64,000 nucleotides of DNA. Source: Eledone cirrhosa (Eukaryota). A model generated the notes under the pieces. It ran no database searches. It was not told where the DNA came from and saw only the letters and a program-made list of their open reading frames with translations. The position numbers and the translations under genes are program-made. Below are positions 39,791 through 53,284 of this stretch, one piece after another. Location: NCBI GenBank assembly GCA_964016885.1, contig OZ024747.1:84258001-84322000 (forward strand). Reading direction: 5' to 3'. The stretch's first letter is position 1. Each line of letters begins with the position of its first letter.

Positions 39791-40476
39791 TCAGGGGCGG
39801 TGGAAGCATTTCTGTATTGGGGGTGGGAGGGATTTGTTCAATTTAGTTGTAGTGATTAGTTTAGAAAATGCAATTTGAGTCCAAGCAGGTTATATTACAT
39901 TTACAGCTATCAATAATTATAAAGTTATTATAGCAAAATGACCTGTGAAATCTGTCTCTGAATACACATACTAGCAATTGGCAAATAGTGATATGTGGAG
40001 AAAAAGTTATGACATGACAAAAAAAAACACGGCACTACAACGCTGTCAGTCCAGTGGAAAACAGGCGAAGGTGACGTCACTCGTCAACATCGTTTATTTC
40101 CGTATTACTACCACGCGTAAGTGGAGTTTTCATGCGTTTTTTTTTTTAGGGAGAGAGGGAAGAGGAGAGATAGGGAAGAGAGAGAGAGGGAAGACTTAAA
40201 AGGGCCAAATCAGAAAACAAATAGAAAACAAGTCATGGTTATAAAGTATATCGATGTAAGTGGAGTTACTTAAATGAAAATATAGGTGGCCCTTAAAAGG
40301 GCCAAATTAGAAAACAAATTTAAGTTAACTAGAAAACAAGTCATGGTTATCAATGTAGAAAACAAGTCATTCATAATTTTAAGTTTTATAATCAAATTTT
40401 TTTCACCAACAAATATGACAGCTAATAGCGTTGTAGTGCCCGCAATTCTGTATCTTTACGTATATTGCGCATAGAT

Positions 40477-41130
40477 ACGAGGGTTGACAAAGATACTCTC
40501 ATGGAATGTGACCAAATGAGGTTTATTTTTCAACATAGTCTCCCTTGCATTCCACACACTTCTTCCATCGGTGTTGCAGTACTGAGATCAATGTTTTCCT
40601 CGGCAGTGGCAGTTGTAGGACGTCCAGACATTGGGTCATCTTCAAGAATCCCCTATCATCATTTCATCATCATTTCATTTTACGTCCGCTTTTTCCCTGC
40701 TTGCAAGGGTGGGACGGGAACTGATTCTGGCTTGATTTCTACAGTTGGATGCCCTTCCTAACACCAACCTCATTTACAGTGAGTGGTGGGTGCTTTTTTG
40801 CCGTGGCACCTCCACGACCACTTTGCAGTGGAATGATATGGACCCCAGCCCCTATCATCTCATTTCTACAGCTGAGTAAACTGGAGCAATGTGAAATAAA
40901 GTGTCTTGCTCAAGGAAACAACACATCACCCGGTCTGAGAATTGAACTCACAACCTTTCGATTGCAAGGCCAATGCTCTAACCACTAAGCCATGTGCCTC
41001 CCCTATCCTTTCCTAAATTTGGCTGCCCACTTTTGCACAAAGGAAAATTGTGGTACAATATTGTAAGGTCTGCTTATAGCCTTATCCATCTTTCAAAAAT
41101 GAAGGTCCACATTTCGTCGACTTCAATACA
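40477..41130 (-). mobile_element. Deleted mariner interrupted by a family-2 SINE (40658-40998)
   Basis: TA|cgaggg terminus; WAAKFRKG*GILEDDPMSGRPTTATAEENID read across the SINE; SINE TSD tcccctatc (40649-40657 / 40999-41007). Confidence 0.8.
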
Positions 41131-43033
41131 TTTTATTACATTTTATTCTATTGTAAACATTAACTTTTATGGAAATTTTATTATAAAATTTCAATTTAGT
41201 TCGATATTTTGGAATTTATTTAACAAACATGGAAAAATAAGAAAATAATAAAATTTAAAATAATTTGATTGCCTTTAATAAAGAAGATAAATAGAGTGGA
41301 ACTGATTTCCAGGTCATACTAATGAAACAAGGTTTTTTCCATTACTGATATTATCTGTCTGCCGTAAGTCCTGGTAAAAGATACTACACGAACTAAAGTA
41401 TTTTACTGAAGGACGCAACATGCTGCAGGATCGAAGAAACGAGCCCATGACTTTATAATGGTTAGTCCAGTACCGTAACCCCTAAGGCATGTGCCTTCAC
41501 AGAGGAAAGGTAAATCATATTATAACAGATTAGATGGGTACTATGTTAGATATTACTATGTATCATATTATACCAAAGAGGAAGTGTGCTGTATAATAAA
41601 CATTGATATCAGGTTGATTCAATAACTACCCGGTCCCAAATATGAACCCATGAACTTATGGTCGTCAGTCAAACACTTTAACCATTGTATGTATGTATGT
41701 ATGTATGTATACACGTATGGATGGATGTATGCATGTATGTATACATGTATATATGTAAGTATGTATGCGTGTATGAGAACAACTGGAAGGACTTCAGGAG
41801 CTCGGTCTATGAGGCTTCAGCAGAGGTCCTTGGCTTTGTCACAAGAAAACAAGGACTGGTTTGATGAGAATATATGCACTTTCATGAAAAAAGAAAAGAA
41901 AAAGAAAATAGGTTATCCCAGGTTCGATACTATAGACTTCCATGTGAATTTACGTGATCAACTCTGCAAATTCCTATTTCACATGAAAACATTCTCATTG
42001 TGCTATAAAAATTCTAGTATACATATATGTGTACATACACACAAATATATATAGAGTCTACATTAATTTTAACAATACTATTCTTGTCTTTACTCTACAT
42101 GATTATCGTTCAAGCATAAATAGAGAACAGATATCGATATATCAATAAAAATATCAAAAAATTAAAAAATATTAAAAATAAATCACAGTATGCCCCGCAA
42201 ATCAACCACAGAGATCAACCCTTCAAAGTTAATTGACAATATATTGCCAAGTTTGTTATAAGCATCAGAATCAAAAGCAAACAAAACCAAAATTATTTAC
42301 CAAATCCTGTCTAGCAGAAATCATTCCAAAAGTTTAGGATACCCAATTGATCTACAGATGGTCTTATATTTAATATAGAAGTTTATCTAGTGTAAAATTT
42401 ATTCGATATATTTGGAGCATCAGCTTTTAGGGTAGTTAATTTTAGGGTAGATTTTTAAACTAGACATATGATCATTATTTTTCACACATTATTGATACGT
42501 GTCTCATTCATGAATACTGATATTTACATTATAACACCTAATTCATACGAATTGATATTTTTACATTGATGAAACATAATGTTTTAAATCTGCCTCGTTT
42601 ATGTCTGGATATTTTTCTTTTCTCTCTATGTAACGGCTGTTTTCTCTCCTAACCACATATATCTCTCTACCTTAATACTAGAACTAAATAAATAAATAAA
42701 TAAATAAATATATCATTGATACGTCATTCAACTGGTGCCCAACTACCTATTTTCTTTCTCTCTATCTCTATCTCTCTTCTCTCTCTCTCTCTATCTATCT
42801 CCCTCTGTGTTTTTTCCTCTCTCTATATATCTCTCTCTGTTTCTTTACATGAATTTCTTCTCTCTATCTATCTCTCTCTATTTAGTTGCATGCATTTCTT
42901 CTTTTTCTTCGCTTTTTCTTTCTTTCTTTTTATAACTGTCCCTAACATTTTTCACTACCAAATCAACTTTTTAAATGGAAGTTGAAGTTGAAAGGTATGT
43001 CAAATCTATCTATTTATAAGACTGTTTATATTG

Positions 43034-43099
43034 TATTTTGTCTGAAGAAGGCATACCATATTTTTAATATGATATCCCTGAAATATATATAATGAAATA
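43034..43099 (+). ncRNA. Minimal type I hammerhead ribozyme (Penelope-type)
   Basis: Stem I tattttgt/atgaaata, CTGAAGA 43042-43048, stem II aggcataccatat..atatgatatccct, GAAA 43080-43083, palindromic TATATA, then UA. Confidence 0.7.
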
Positions 43100-43225
43100 A
43101 ATATGGTTTTATAAATATAGTTTCCATTTATTTAATATCGTAAATATACTCCAAATACTTGTTGAGTGCTTTTATATCAGTTATAAATATTTACTCGTTG
43201 TAACCCAACAATTTAAATAAAATTT

Positions 43226-43277
<52 letters not shown>

Positions 43278-44099
43278 AGAAAGAAGAGAAAAAAACGAGA
43301 CCCTTAGAAACGAATAAGAGTCATCAAAGCGATCATATGTATTTCTTTAAACCCTCCCGGTTTTGAAATTTAGGGGTGACTGGGAATATTACATAATGTA
43401 GGGATTTTCTTTTCCTTTTCTATCATTTCTTATTTATGTATTTATATATTTATTTATCTACTCTCGTGATTGATATTCCGACAAATGTTACGGGTGTATT
43501 TTGGTTTTTTATTATGTCAGGGATAGCATCCAAAAATTTCTCCCTTCCCCCAATATATATATATATACAAGCACAGTGTCCCAAAAAATGTATACACACT
43601 TCAACAGCAAAGTAATCAAAGTGTGTATATATTTTGGAGGGGACACCATGTGTATATATATATATGTGTGTGTATGTGTAACTAGTAAAACTGTAAAAAC
43701 GCAGCGGTATATTCTAATTTGGCCCTTTTAAGGGCCACCTATATTTTCATTTAAGTAACTCCACTTACGCGTGGTAGTAATACGGAAATAAACGATGTTT
43801 TGCTTTCATCAGCTGCTTCGACTGACAGCTAATAGCGTTGTAGTGCCAAAAACACCTATGAAGGTTAACATAATATATTATCAAATATTAACCAAGATAT
43901 AAAAAACTTCGATATACGATAAACATCACATGTACATAAATTTAGCGCATATACAAATAGATGTGTTTTGGTAGTTTGGGGAGAAAAATATAATTATTGG
44001 AGGGACCCTGGCCCTCCCAGTTCCACCACCCCTGTATATATATATATATGGATCATATTACGTACTATATCAATAAATATTAGGCACATTCGGCATAAT

Positions 44100-45110
44100 T
44101 CCACTTTCTGTTTTAATTTTTAACTTTTTCAATATCATGGCAGCTGACACCGGCACAAGTTAGCGCATTAATAAACTTTAAAGCGTCACAATTTTATACA
44201 TTTGTTTAATTAAGTTGAATATATAGTAATTTCCTGCGGTCAATAAATATATCACTAAACATTTTTTCCCCGCGGTAGCATTGAGGTAATATCGAAAGCG
44301 GTGGAGAGGGCTTGACAGTGTAGAGTTTGCTTGGATGAAGGTGGACTGTGTTGTAGAAATGTAAACTTAGTATTTTTCTTGGTGTGGTCAAAACAAGAAG
44401 TATCAAACACTAGTTTTGTCAACTTGAAGTTGAAATTATTTTATTTTGGAGAATTGAGGTCATTTTGTAAAGCTAAATACCCAGGGCCGACTCTGTCTAG
44501 ACCGTACGCAATCACTTTTATTACAAATATAAGAATAATGTCACATATTGAAAACTGAATCAATTAAATGAGTTTTTAAACACAATCTATCCTTCTTTCA
44601 GCCTGGCAGCTCACCTTCGGTATTGGAATGTAATACAATCCGATATAGGAAGCGCGTAAAAACATGAAAATTTTCGAGATTTGAAAACTCTTCACCGGTA
44701 ACTATGGATATAATCTGAGAAAAGGTTTGACCTTGTATATCGTCGTTGTACTGTTTTGTTTTGTGTTTTTTTAACAAAGTAATCTTACCTGTTCTTACAT
44801 GACAGCATATACGGTGAAAAACACAAATGTCTTTAATATCATTACATGTTCTCGCGCAAGAGAATAGATATAAACATGTTATTGAACTAAAAGTCAAAAA
44901 TAGACTATTCTTCCAAAGAAAATTATATTCTACGACAAAACTAACCTCAAAATTTGGAGTTGTTCGTTGTATAACCACACATGGCAAAAAACGGTGTTTT
45001 GTTATTCAGACACGCCTGAAAATTATTCCGGTGTTTTATTATTCATACTTACCTCAAAATTATTCCGGCTATTTTATTCGCACAACGAATGTCAATATAT
45101 AGAATATCCC
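44100..45110 (-). promoter_or_regulatory. Candidate LYRM1 promoter / non-coding first exon region
   Basis: Apparently non-repetitive, CpG-retaining segment upstream of LYRM1 with minus-strand donors GAG|GTAAGT (45052-45047), CAG|GTAAGA (44788-44783) and AAG|GTGAGC (44614-44609); the first coding exon is preceded by an AG acceptor. Confidence 0.4.
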
Positions 45111-45749
45111 ATTTAAGATATGTTGACTATACATTTACAATTAAATGTTCAATATATGTAGTCTGAGAAATTTAGAAGATACAATACCATTTGATATGTC
45201 AATAGTTTTCTGCTGCTTTATATTTTTTTCCGGTGTGTTGTTTTATTCAGCTAACAAATAAACAAAAACAGTTGATTTTTTTTTTCCATAAATTAAGATG
45301 AATATTTTCGTGATTTATTCTGTCAACGTGTGGGTTTGTTACCATTCGAGATGAATGCTCCAAATTTCATTCTACAATAATAGCAACAGGTATTATTGTA
45401 AGCAATCCTCATTCCGCAGAGGGAACAACTTTGGTGGGTCTAGATATCGATACATGTATGCTCCGTCTTAACCGTGATAATTGTAAAGCAAAACGTCTAC
45501 CTTTTGTTAAAATAGGAGCCAGTCAACGATTAAATTATCAGTGCTGACTCTTAAACCAAGTCACATTCAAAGATCCTCGTCATCACATGTTCTTGGTCAC
45601 TGAGGACTAAAATGTTAAAGCAGAAACTGACAATGTATGGTCCCGTAACTCCTAATGGAGTCGTATAGACGTCGTGTTGAAATACAGCGTTTCTAGGGCG
45701 TTTTAAAACTTGGCAGAGCCCATCACCTCGCTAAGCTGACAATACTAAT

Positions 45750-46437
45750 TACAAAATTGTCAAGAGGGCCGAGGGTGTCTTAGCATCACTCAGCAAGACC
45801 TTTGTCAGCCGCTCTCCAGATATCTATTTAAGGCTGTACATGGCTATGGTGCGACCACACTTAGAATTTGCATCACCAGTCTGGAACCCCTATCTTGCTC
45901 AGAACATTGACCGCCTGGAAACTGTTCAGAGACGTGCAACCAAGCGAATACCCTCCATCAGGCATCTACCATACTCTGAGCGCCTTGCTTCCCTGGGCAT
46001 GGATACATTGAAGCTCCGACGCCTGGCAACTGACTTGGTAAACACCCACAAAATTGTTAACCATGTTGCCGACAACAACCCTGAGTACCTTTTTGATTTC
46101 CATGTGTCTAACACACGTGGACATGCCCACAAAGTCAGAAAACAGCACAGTTCCCATGACTTTCGGAAACATTTTTTCACGCTCAGAGTTGCTGAAGCAT
46201 GGAACAAACTACCTGCATCAGTTGTTAGCTGTCGAGACACTGCATCCTTTAAGGCCTCCATGCTTCCCGAGATCCGCCAACACTACAGCTAATGTTCCCC
46301 CTCCATACACATACACACATGTACACCATGACACTATTCACTTCCCTGACATTTGTGTATTATTCTATGTACTATACATACACCTTTGACGAGTTGTAGT
46401 GCACCTGAGCACTTTACACAATAATTTCATTATTAGT
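45750..46437 (+). mobile_element. CR1-clade LINE 3' fragment
   Basis: LYMAMVRPHLEFASPVWNP..IDRLETVQRRATK..YSERL..TRGH..FFTLRVAEAWNKLP; 3' UTR and tta tail. Confidence 0.93.
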
Positions 46438-46894
46438 ATTTATTTTAAAAGGGCTGTGGGAAAATGCAGTTCTTGTGAATGTCTCATAGACTTTTGCTTA
46501 ACTCTTAACTTCCTGTATCCTATGAAACCGCATAAGCAAGACATTCTTGAAAAGTACAAAACAGCACTATTGTCTGCATCACATTAAAAATTGAAGTTTT
46601 TACTCTAATGTTGTAATTTTTTGCAACGATGCTATAAACATTTATAAACAGATACTATAAATATTTATCAAATCAGTTTTTTCACATTTTCTACTAAATT
46701 ATTACAGGATATTAAGAGTTAAACAGCAATTATATCATCAGAAATTTGGCCCCGGATTGGCAGTGTAGATAGAATGCTTTGCGGTATTTGTTCTGGCTCT
46801 CTGTTCAAATCCCACCGAGGTCAACTTTACCTTTCATACTTTCGAGGTTGATAAATAAGATATCAGTCAAGTACTGGTGTCAATTCTTCCTCTC

Positions 46895-47490
46895 ATCATC
46901 ATCATCATCATCATCATCATCGTTTAACGTCCATGTTCCACGCTTGCATGGGTTTGGACGGGAGTTTTCCCACTTGAGGTTTTCTACAGCTGGATGCCCT
47001 TCCTAACACCAACCACATTTACAGTGTGGGGCTGGGAGGTTTTTACCGTGTTGCCTACACGGCCACATTACAGCGTGGACTGTCTGGCGTGTTTTCTACA
47101 GCTGGATGCCCTTCCTAACACCAACCACATTTACAGTGTGGGACTGGGAGGTTTTTACCGTGTTGCCTACACGGCCACATTACAGCGTGGACTGTCTGGC
47201 GGGTTTTCTACAGCTGGATGCCCTTCTTAACACCAACCACATTTACAGTGTGGGACTGGGAGGTTTTTACCGTGTTGCCTACACGGCCACATTTACAGCG
47301 TGGACTGTGTGTTTTTTTTGTCGTGACACCTACACGATCTCATTTGTTTCGGTCTGGATGTTGTGGGACCAACATAACTTTACATTGAAAGGGGCGGTGT
47401 GGATGGGGTGGGGGTGGTGGGACGGGGGTGTGTTTTGTTAGAGATGCCTACTGACTGTAATAGGTTTTACTTTGTATTTCAGGTAAGGTG
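46895..47490 (-). mobile_element. RTE 3' UTR copy with 112-bp internal triplication
   Basis: Reverse-complement match to 54800-55185; repeat units start at 46979, 47091 and 47203. Confidence 0.88.
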
Positions 47491-48848
47491 GGTCTTCTCT
47501 ATATCTCTTTTTCTCTTCCTCTCTCACTCTACTTTCTCTGGAAATAACCTACTGCGTTCAGTCCTAGAGAGGGGTGGGCTCCACCAGATTTAAAATGCCC
47601 AAGACATGTTATGTGTTACAATGACATCCAACAACTTCATCAAGAGTTGCAGGTCCATACAAGGTGAAGAAACAGGGTCAGCAAAAGAAACAACTTAACA
47701 TCACCACACCCTAAGTGGCCTAACACCAAACAGCAGTTTGTCCAGAGATATCATGAATCATTTTAGTTAGAATGTGATCAGATCAGACACCTGGATATTT
47801 AACATCCTAGGATAACTATACAGTGCACCCCATCTCTAGGTTAAGGGCCCCACTTACCCAAATGCTTAGTTTGGTATGCTGACACGGCTTAGGGGGCCAC
47901 TGATGATGGAAGTAAACGATATCTTGAGTTTTGATGAGATTAATCAATGAGAGAGTTGAAGGTGTCTCTCGAACATAAGCTGTTCTCAAACTCTCTGCTT
48001 CGGTCTATTCTGTTCTGCATCAGGAACTAACAAATTCAGCTCTCCTCCACTGTAGTAGGACTTTATTCACCTCTCTACTGGAACTAGTCCATGTTGGAAA
48101 GGAAAGGATATTACCCACCAGAAGGGAGCAAACATGGATTGAAAGTTAATATGCTAGCCACCGAGCAACCGAAGTTCTGGGAACAGGTCCAGCAGGCCTA
48201 TAAATTCAAGGACAAAGTAGTCAAAAAGCTTGTCAGGAAAGATAAGTGATCTTATTTGTTAAAGAGATGACATGTAATGCTGAGTTAGTACTGATTATAA
48301 AACAAAGTTGTTTTGTGACAGCAACACTATCCAGCCAACCCTAGTCAGGAGTAAAGATAGTACCACTATAACAACTGAATCAGCAGCTAGACTGGTCCAA
48401 CACTTCCAGTAAATGTTAAACTCTTCTTGGCCAGACTAACAAGCCAACCTTCAACCAGCAAAATATGTTCTTAACATAGACACCAGTCTCTCAACAATAA
48501 TTAAGATCGTGAATAGAATATTGTAACTCCGTTATGATTATGTGTATATGTGTATTTCACAAACCACGTAGATTCTATCGTTATGCCAAAAAGTACATGT
48601 AGGATTCAATAGCCACGAAACACATGTTTATTTCGGATAATAAATATACAGATTTTTATCCCTATGTATTTAGTATCACGGGGAAATTAAGCCCACGAAA
48701 GCTCTATCAGCAGTTTTTATACGGATCGATCCGACAAGTTTCGTGATTATTTACAATTTAAGATTCGCTCATCTTTAACTCTTAAGCTGTTGGATGGTAA
48801 TTATCAATATATAAACAAGTATGTGCCTATTTACAAACTAGTTTACAT

Positions 48849-49031
48849 AATTGTTTCTACTTTAGGCACAAGGCCAGCAATTACCCAGTGCATTACTGGT
48901 ACTTTATTTTATCGACCCTGTAAGGATGAAAGGCAAAGTCAACCTCGGCTGGATTTGAACTCAGATCGTAAAGGGGCGTAACTATGCTGGAAAGCATGAC
49001 GTCCGACCCTCTACCGATACTGCCAATCCAC
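48849..49031 (-). mobile_element. Family-1 SINE
   Basis: Near-identical to 59999-60183. Confidence 0.88.
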
Positions 49032-49542
49032 ATGGTACAAGATTTGGAGGCATATGTTAAGAGAAAATGTAATGCAAATATACTTTTTAAATATTTTTAT
49101 CATTCTTTAACTATAAGAATATTAAGGGAATCTACTAAGTCCATCACAGTTATTCCCCTTCATATGTCTTTTTGGTAATTTATCTAATATATGTATTATT
49201 GTTTCTTATAATCCCAGTAACAGATCACTGGATCCATTTAATCGACTTTCGCCTTTTCCTCCACTCCAATTGTGCCTAAACTAGAAACCATTATTACAAT
49301 AAAGTTAAAGGTCAAACCTTATTTCTTCTATATCGTATTTTTGTTTCACTTTCTCTTTCACTTCTATTTTATCATGTATAGATGTATAGATGTCCGAAAG
49401 CCCAAAGCATAGACGTTTCGAAATAAATGTCACTTATTTTTTTTTTTTTTTAATGTTAATCTGCATCAGGCCAGAAATTAAATACATACCGCAACCTCCA
49501 TCAATACCACTATTTTGACAACCGTTTTGCTATATATGCACC

Positions 49543-50866
49543 TATAGCTTTAGTTAAACTATATGCAAAATAGCAACAGACAGATTTGTTATTTATCGGA
49601 TGATAACCATAGGAAAGAGCGATCTACCCTTGAAGTTTATGTCTTGCTACCTTCTTCACCAGAAGTCCATTTTCTGCTGACCAGTTCTATAACACATCCT
49701 CAGTAAAGGACCACTGTCAACAGTCCATCTTTTACAAGTTTGCGGGCAATTCTCTACAAAGTTCTCCTTCAGAACTGTTGATTGTCATTGGAACTAATGA
49801 ATTGTTTTTACCACCCAACATGTGTATGTAGTTAATTGGCTCTTTGACGACTGTTCGTCATCAAGGGTCGTTGAAGACTTGCTCTCTATATCAGATGTCC
49901 TTTGTGGATGTCAGGATGACATCAACTTCTGCTTGTATGTGAATTAGGAATCTTTGTCAGGAGGTCCGATTGTAAAGATACAGGAGAAGTTGATCATGTT
50001 TGCCAACCACTATGGTGTATAATGGCAGCCAGCCCTGGAGTATCCTGAAGCCGATGATAAAGAGCTCTTGAAGCTGCATGGTTGTTTACATATGGTAGCT
50101 CTTACACCGAACGTCCTGTGATAGAAACACAAAACATCCCATGTAAACTCATGGCATTGATCGTAACCCCATAGATAAAAAAACATTAGTCTCCTGCTCT
50201 CGCTAACTCCTTAGTCTGAGTTATTGGGGTGGGGGCATTTCCAGAGGAATATCTCCCTACATAAAAAAACCAGGTGACTCACCCAGAGGCACTAATGCCA
50301 GCATTCTGTCCATTAGTTCCGAAATCTTGTAATCACCTAATCCATTGGTTTTCAATATTCTGGCTACTGCTTCCCAATCACTTAACCAGAATGTTTCTAT
50401 GAATCTATTTTTTATCATTTCATATTTATCAGCAGCTGTAGATCTGAGTAGAAAGTCTAACATCTTTGTTGCTGTTTCTTCATCTGGCGCTGCTGTAATA
50501 TACAAGTATTTTGTCAGATCTAAAATGATATTTTTTATGGTGAACTGTGCCTCAGCTTGTGTGGATCATACTTTAACTCACTTTGACCAGAACTGTGGGA
50601 GCTTAAGTGCAACAGCATTTTTACTTGTCATGATTACATATTTTGTTTGTTCTTTTTTGTCAGGTCACCATGTATAGCTTTAGTTAAACTATAGGCATAA
50701 TAACAACAAACTGATTTGTTGAACTGTTATTTATTGGATGACAAACATAAGGAAAAGCAGTCTACCCCTGAAGTTACATGCTTCACTGGAAGTCTGTTTT
50801 CAGCTGACCAGTTCAATAACAAGTCTGCAGTAAAGGAGGACCGTTGTCAACAGTTTGTCTTTTACA
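49543..50866 (-). mobile_element. Internally deleted Gypsy LTR retrotransposon
   Basis: Diverged ~195-bp LTRs 49543-49736 and 50671-50866 (TG...CA in the right LTR); PBS TGGTGACC next to the 5' LTR; gag MTSKNAVALKLPQFW...QAEAQF..TKY...GLGDYKISELMDRMLAL (50631-50257) with stops. Confidence 0.88.
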
Positions 50867-51122
50867 TGGACATGTGATGCGCATGGAGGATGACCGCTGG
50901 GTAAAGAAGTGCCAAGAAATGCCAGTTGAAGGAAGACACAGTAGAGGAAGACCATGAAAAACATGGGCGGAGGTGGTGAGAGCAGACCTCAGATTGCTGA
51001 AGCTCATGGAGTAGACAACGAAGGACTATGACAAGTAGAGAGATGCTGTGCTGAATAGGACCCTCCCACCCTTGCAAGCAGGGAAAAGCGGACGTAAAAT
51101 AATGATGATGGTGATGATGATG
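50864..51122 (+). mobile_element. RTE 3' end with short UTR
   Basis: GHVMRMEDDRWVKKCQEMPVEG..RGRP*KTW followed directly by cccacccttgcaagcagggaaaagcggacgtaaaa and a tga-rich tail. Confidence 0.88.
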
Positions 51123-51534
51123 TTGTCAAGGCAATGCTCTACACACCTATATGGAGGATTTTCATTGCAATATGTATTGGCGCAATAAAATAAACCCAGT
51201 ACTCTCAGGTCTTGAATAATCCCCCGATCCCCCTGCCCTTATAAGAATTTAAGCAAATGTCCAACCCCACAATTATTCCACCCTCACGCCCCTATTATTT
51301 TGGACCCAAGACTACATTCTGTAAAATGGTTGACGTTAAGCAGGGCATCCAGCTGTAGAAACCATGCAAAAGCTGAAGTACAAGTGAGACATGACCCAGA
51401 GCCGTTTAGGAGGACATCAGCCTCAATTAAATACTGACCTGGAAAGTAACAATCATGTTGATGATATATGTAAAGCATAATAGATATGTTTGTATTTTCA
51501 TATATAGAAATGTGGGTGTGTTCATGTACATATA

Positions 51535-51920
51535 GAAGCATGGAACAAACTGCCTGCGTCAATTGTTAGCTGCCGAGACACTGCATCCTTTAAGACACTC
51601 ATGCTTCCCGAAATATGCCAAAACTACACCTGATGTACCCCTTCCATACACATGCACACATGTGTGTATCATGACTCGTGCACTGTTCATTTTACTGATG
51701 TTTGTGCATTGCCCTATGTACTGTACATGCACTTTTTTGATGAGTTGTGGTGCACCTGGGCACTGTACACAATATTTCATTATTGTTATTGTTATTATAT
51801 CATGACTCATACACTGTTTATTTTCCTGACATTTGTACATTATTCTATGTACTATACATGCACCTTTGATGAGTTGTAGTGCACCTGAGCACTGTACACA
51901 ATAATTTCATTATTATTATA
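51535..51920 (+). mobile_element. CR1 3' end with duplicated 3' UTR segment
   Basis: Matches 46194-46435; the UTR/tail occurs twice (ends about 51795 and 51920). Confidence 0.85.
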
Positions 51921-52147
51921 TTATATTCTAGTAGTAAACAAGCTACATGAGATAACAGTATCACACTCATTCATATACTATGTAGGTATGCTTGACAAAC
52001 ATGTATATGATCTACAATAAATGTCTAATGATCCATTGTAAGTTGTAAGTATATTTGAAATCTGTTAACCTACAAAACAAGCAAAAGTTGATAAGATTAT
52101 ATATATATATAGAGAGAGAGATAGATATACATATATACATATATCAT

Positions 52148-52560
52148 GATCATCATCACCATTTAACCCGTTAGCATTTACATTATTCTGTAATTACTAT
52201 TGTATTTCATGGAAAACACTTTATCTTACATAATTATCTCACATAATATCGAATCTACAAGATTTTGATGTTATTTATTTTGAGAATAATACCTTAATGT
52301 AGATATGAGCAGCCAGTTACAGCCGGTTTCAACAGAAAAAAGGTGAGAGAGTTCTGGCCGGATACAGCCGGTTCAAATGCGAAAGGGTTAATATCCATTT
52401 TTCCATGCTTGCATGGGTTAGACAGTCGTCCACATTCTGAGACAAGTCTTGCCAGTTGGCCACACCATACCTTGCTCAAACTGGACTATATTTTGGCTGC
52501 TATTTTTACATCTGGAAGCCCTTCCTAACACCAACTATGTTTACAGTGTGGAATTGGGTG
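52148..52560 (-). mobile_element. RTE-tail element interrupted by a TTAA MITE (52163-52391)
   Basis: catcatcaccatttaa|MITE|tatccatttttccatgcttgcatgggttag: the MITE sits in the TTAA of the tail. Confidence 0.75.
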
Positions 52561-52649
52561 GTCCTGTTATGGGAAAAGTCTAGCCAGATGACCATGCCAC
52601 ACTTTACACCTTGCACAAATCGGAGCTGTGTGTTGGCTGGGTATATATA

Positions 52650-53255
52650 TCATCATCATCATCATCATCGTTTAACGTCGATCTTCCACGCTAGCATGGG
52701 TTAGACGGTTTTGTTCCATTTGATGCGGGAGTGGTCGGGAGACCATGTCTCGCTCACACGGAAGCGTCTCTGGCAGGATTCTTTTACAGCTGGATGCCCT
52801 TCCTAACACCAACCTCATTTACAGTGTGGACTGGGAGCCTTTTCACTGTATCTCCTACACGGCCACCTTACAGTGTGGACTGTTGTGTCATCGACACAGT
52901 GGACAGAACGGAAGAGGGAGGATGGGCTAGGCGGTGGGGTGTACATTGAGTTAAGAGGTGCCTACTGACTGTAGGTTTGTATGCAATGGTAGACGGGTTT
53001 TCTTTACAACTGTATAGCACCAAAGGTCTCGATCCAGTATCATTGTCTTAGAGAGGTGTATGTGAGCAAGGTCAATTTTTATCACCTCGTCCCAGGTTTT
53101 TTCTTAGTCTACCCACACCACAGCTTCCATCACTTTTCATTGCCCTGTACTTTTTTATACAGCTGTCGTCCTTCATATGCATCACATGTCCATACCAACG
53201 CAATCTCCTCTCCAGAACACAACATTTGATGCTTCTTATACTTAGTCTCCCTCTT
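52650..53255 (-). mobile_element. RTE 3' end (ORF tail + UTR)
   Basis: RRLRWYGHVMHMKDDSCIKK on the minus strand; UTR with the ggaagggcatcc core and (gat)n tail. Confidence 0.88.
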
Positions 53256-53284
53256 GGTGTTGTATATATATATATACGTATACT

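Larger units (their letters stand above)
40031..43847. mobile_element. Composite element with GGCACTACAACGCT TIRs and 8-bp TSD (Merlin-like)
   Basis: TSD aaaaacac at 40023-40030 and 43848-43855; extra internal right end at 40427-40440; 43713-43800 is an inverted copy of sequences within 40086-40312. Confidence 0.7.
39792..44034. mobile_element. Split non-autonomous DNA transposon (CAGGGG termini, hAT-like)
   Basis: TIRs caggggcggtggaa (39792) / ttccaccacccctg (44034), both in TA microsatellite. Confidence 0.6.

Noticed and set aside
44598-45102. 129-aa and 91-aa ORFs as genes
   Set aside because: No recognisable motifs; better explained as promoter/UTR sequence.
48500-48780. TTAA-flanked DNA element
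   Set aside because: Terminal inverted match is too weak and there is no second copy in the window.
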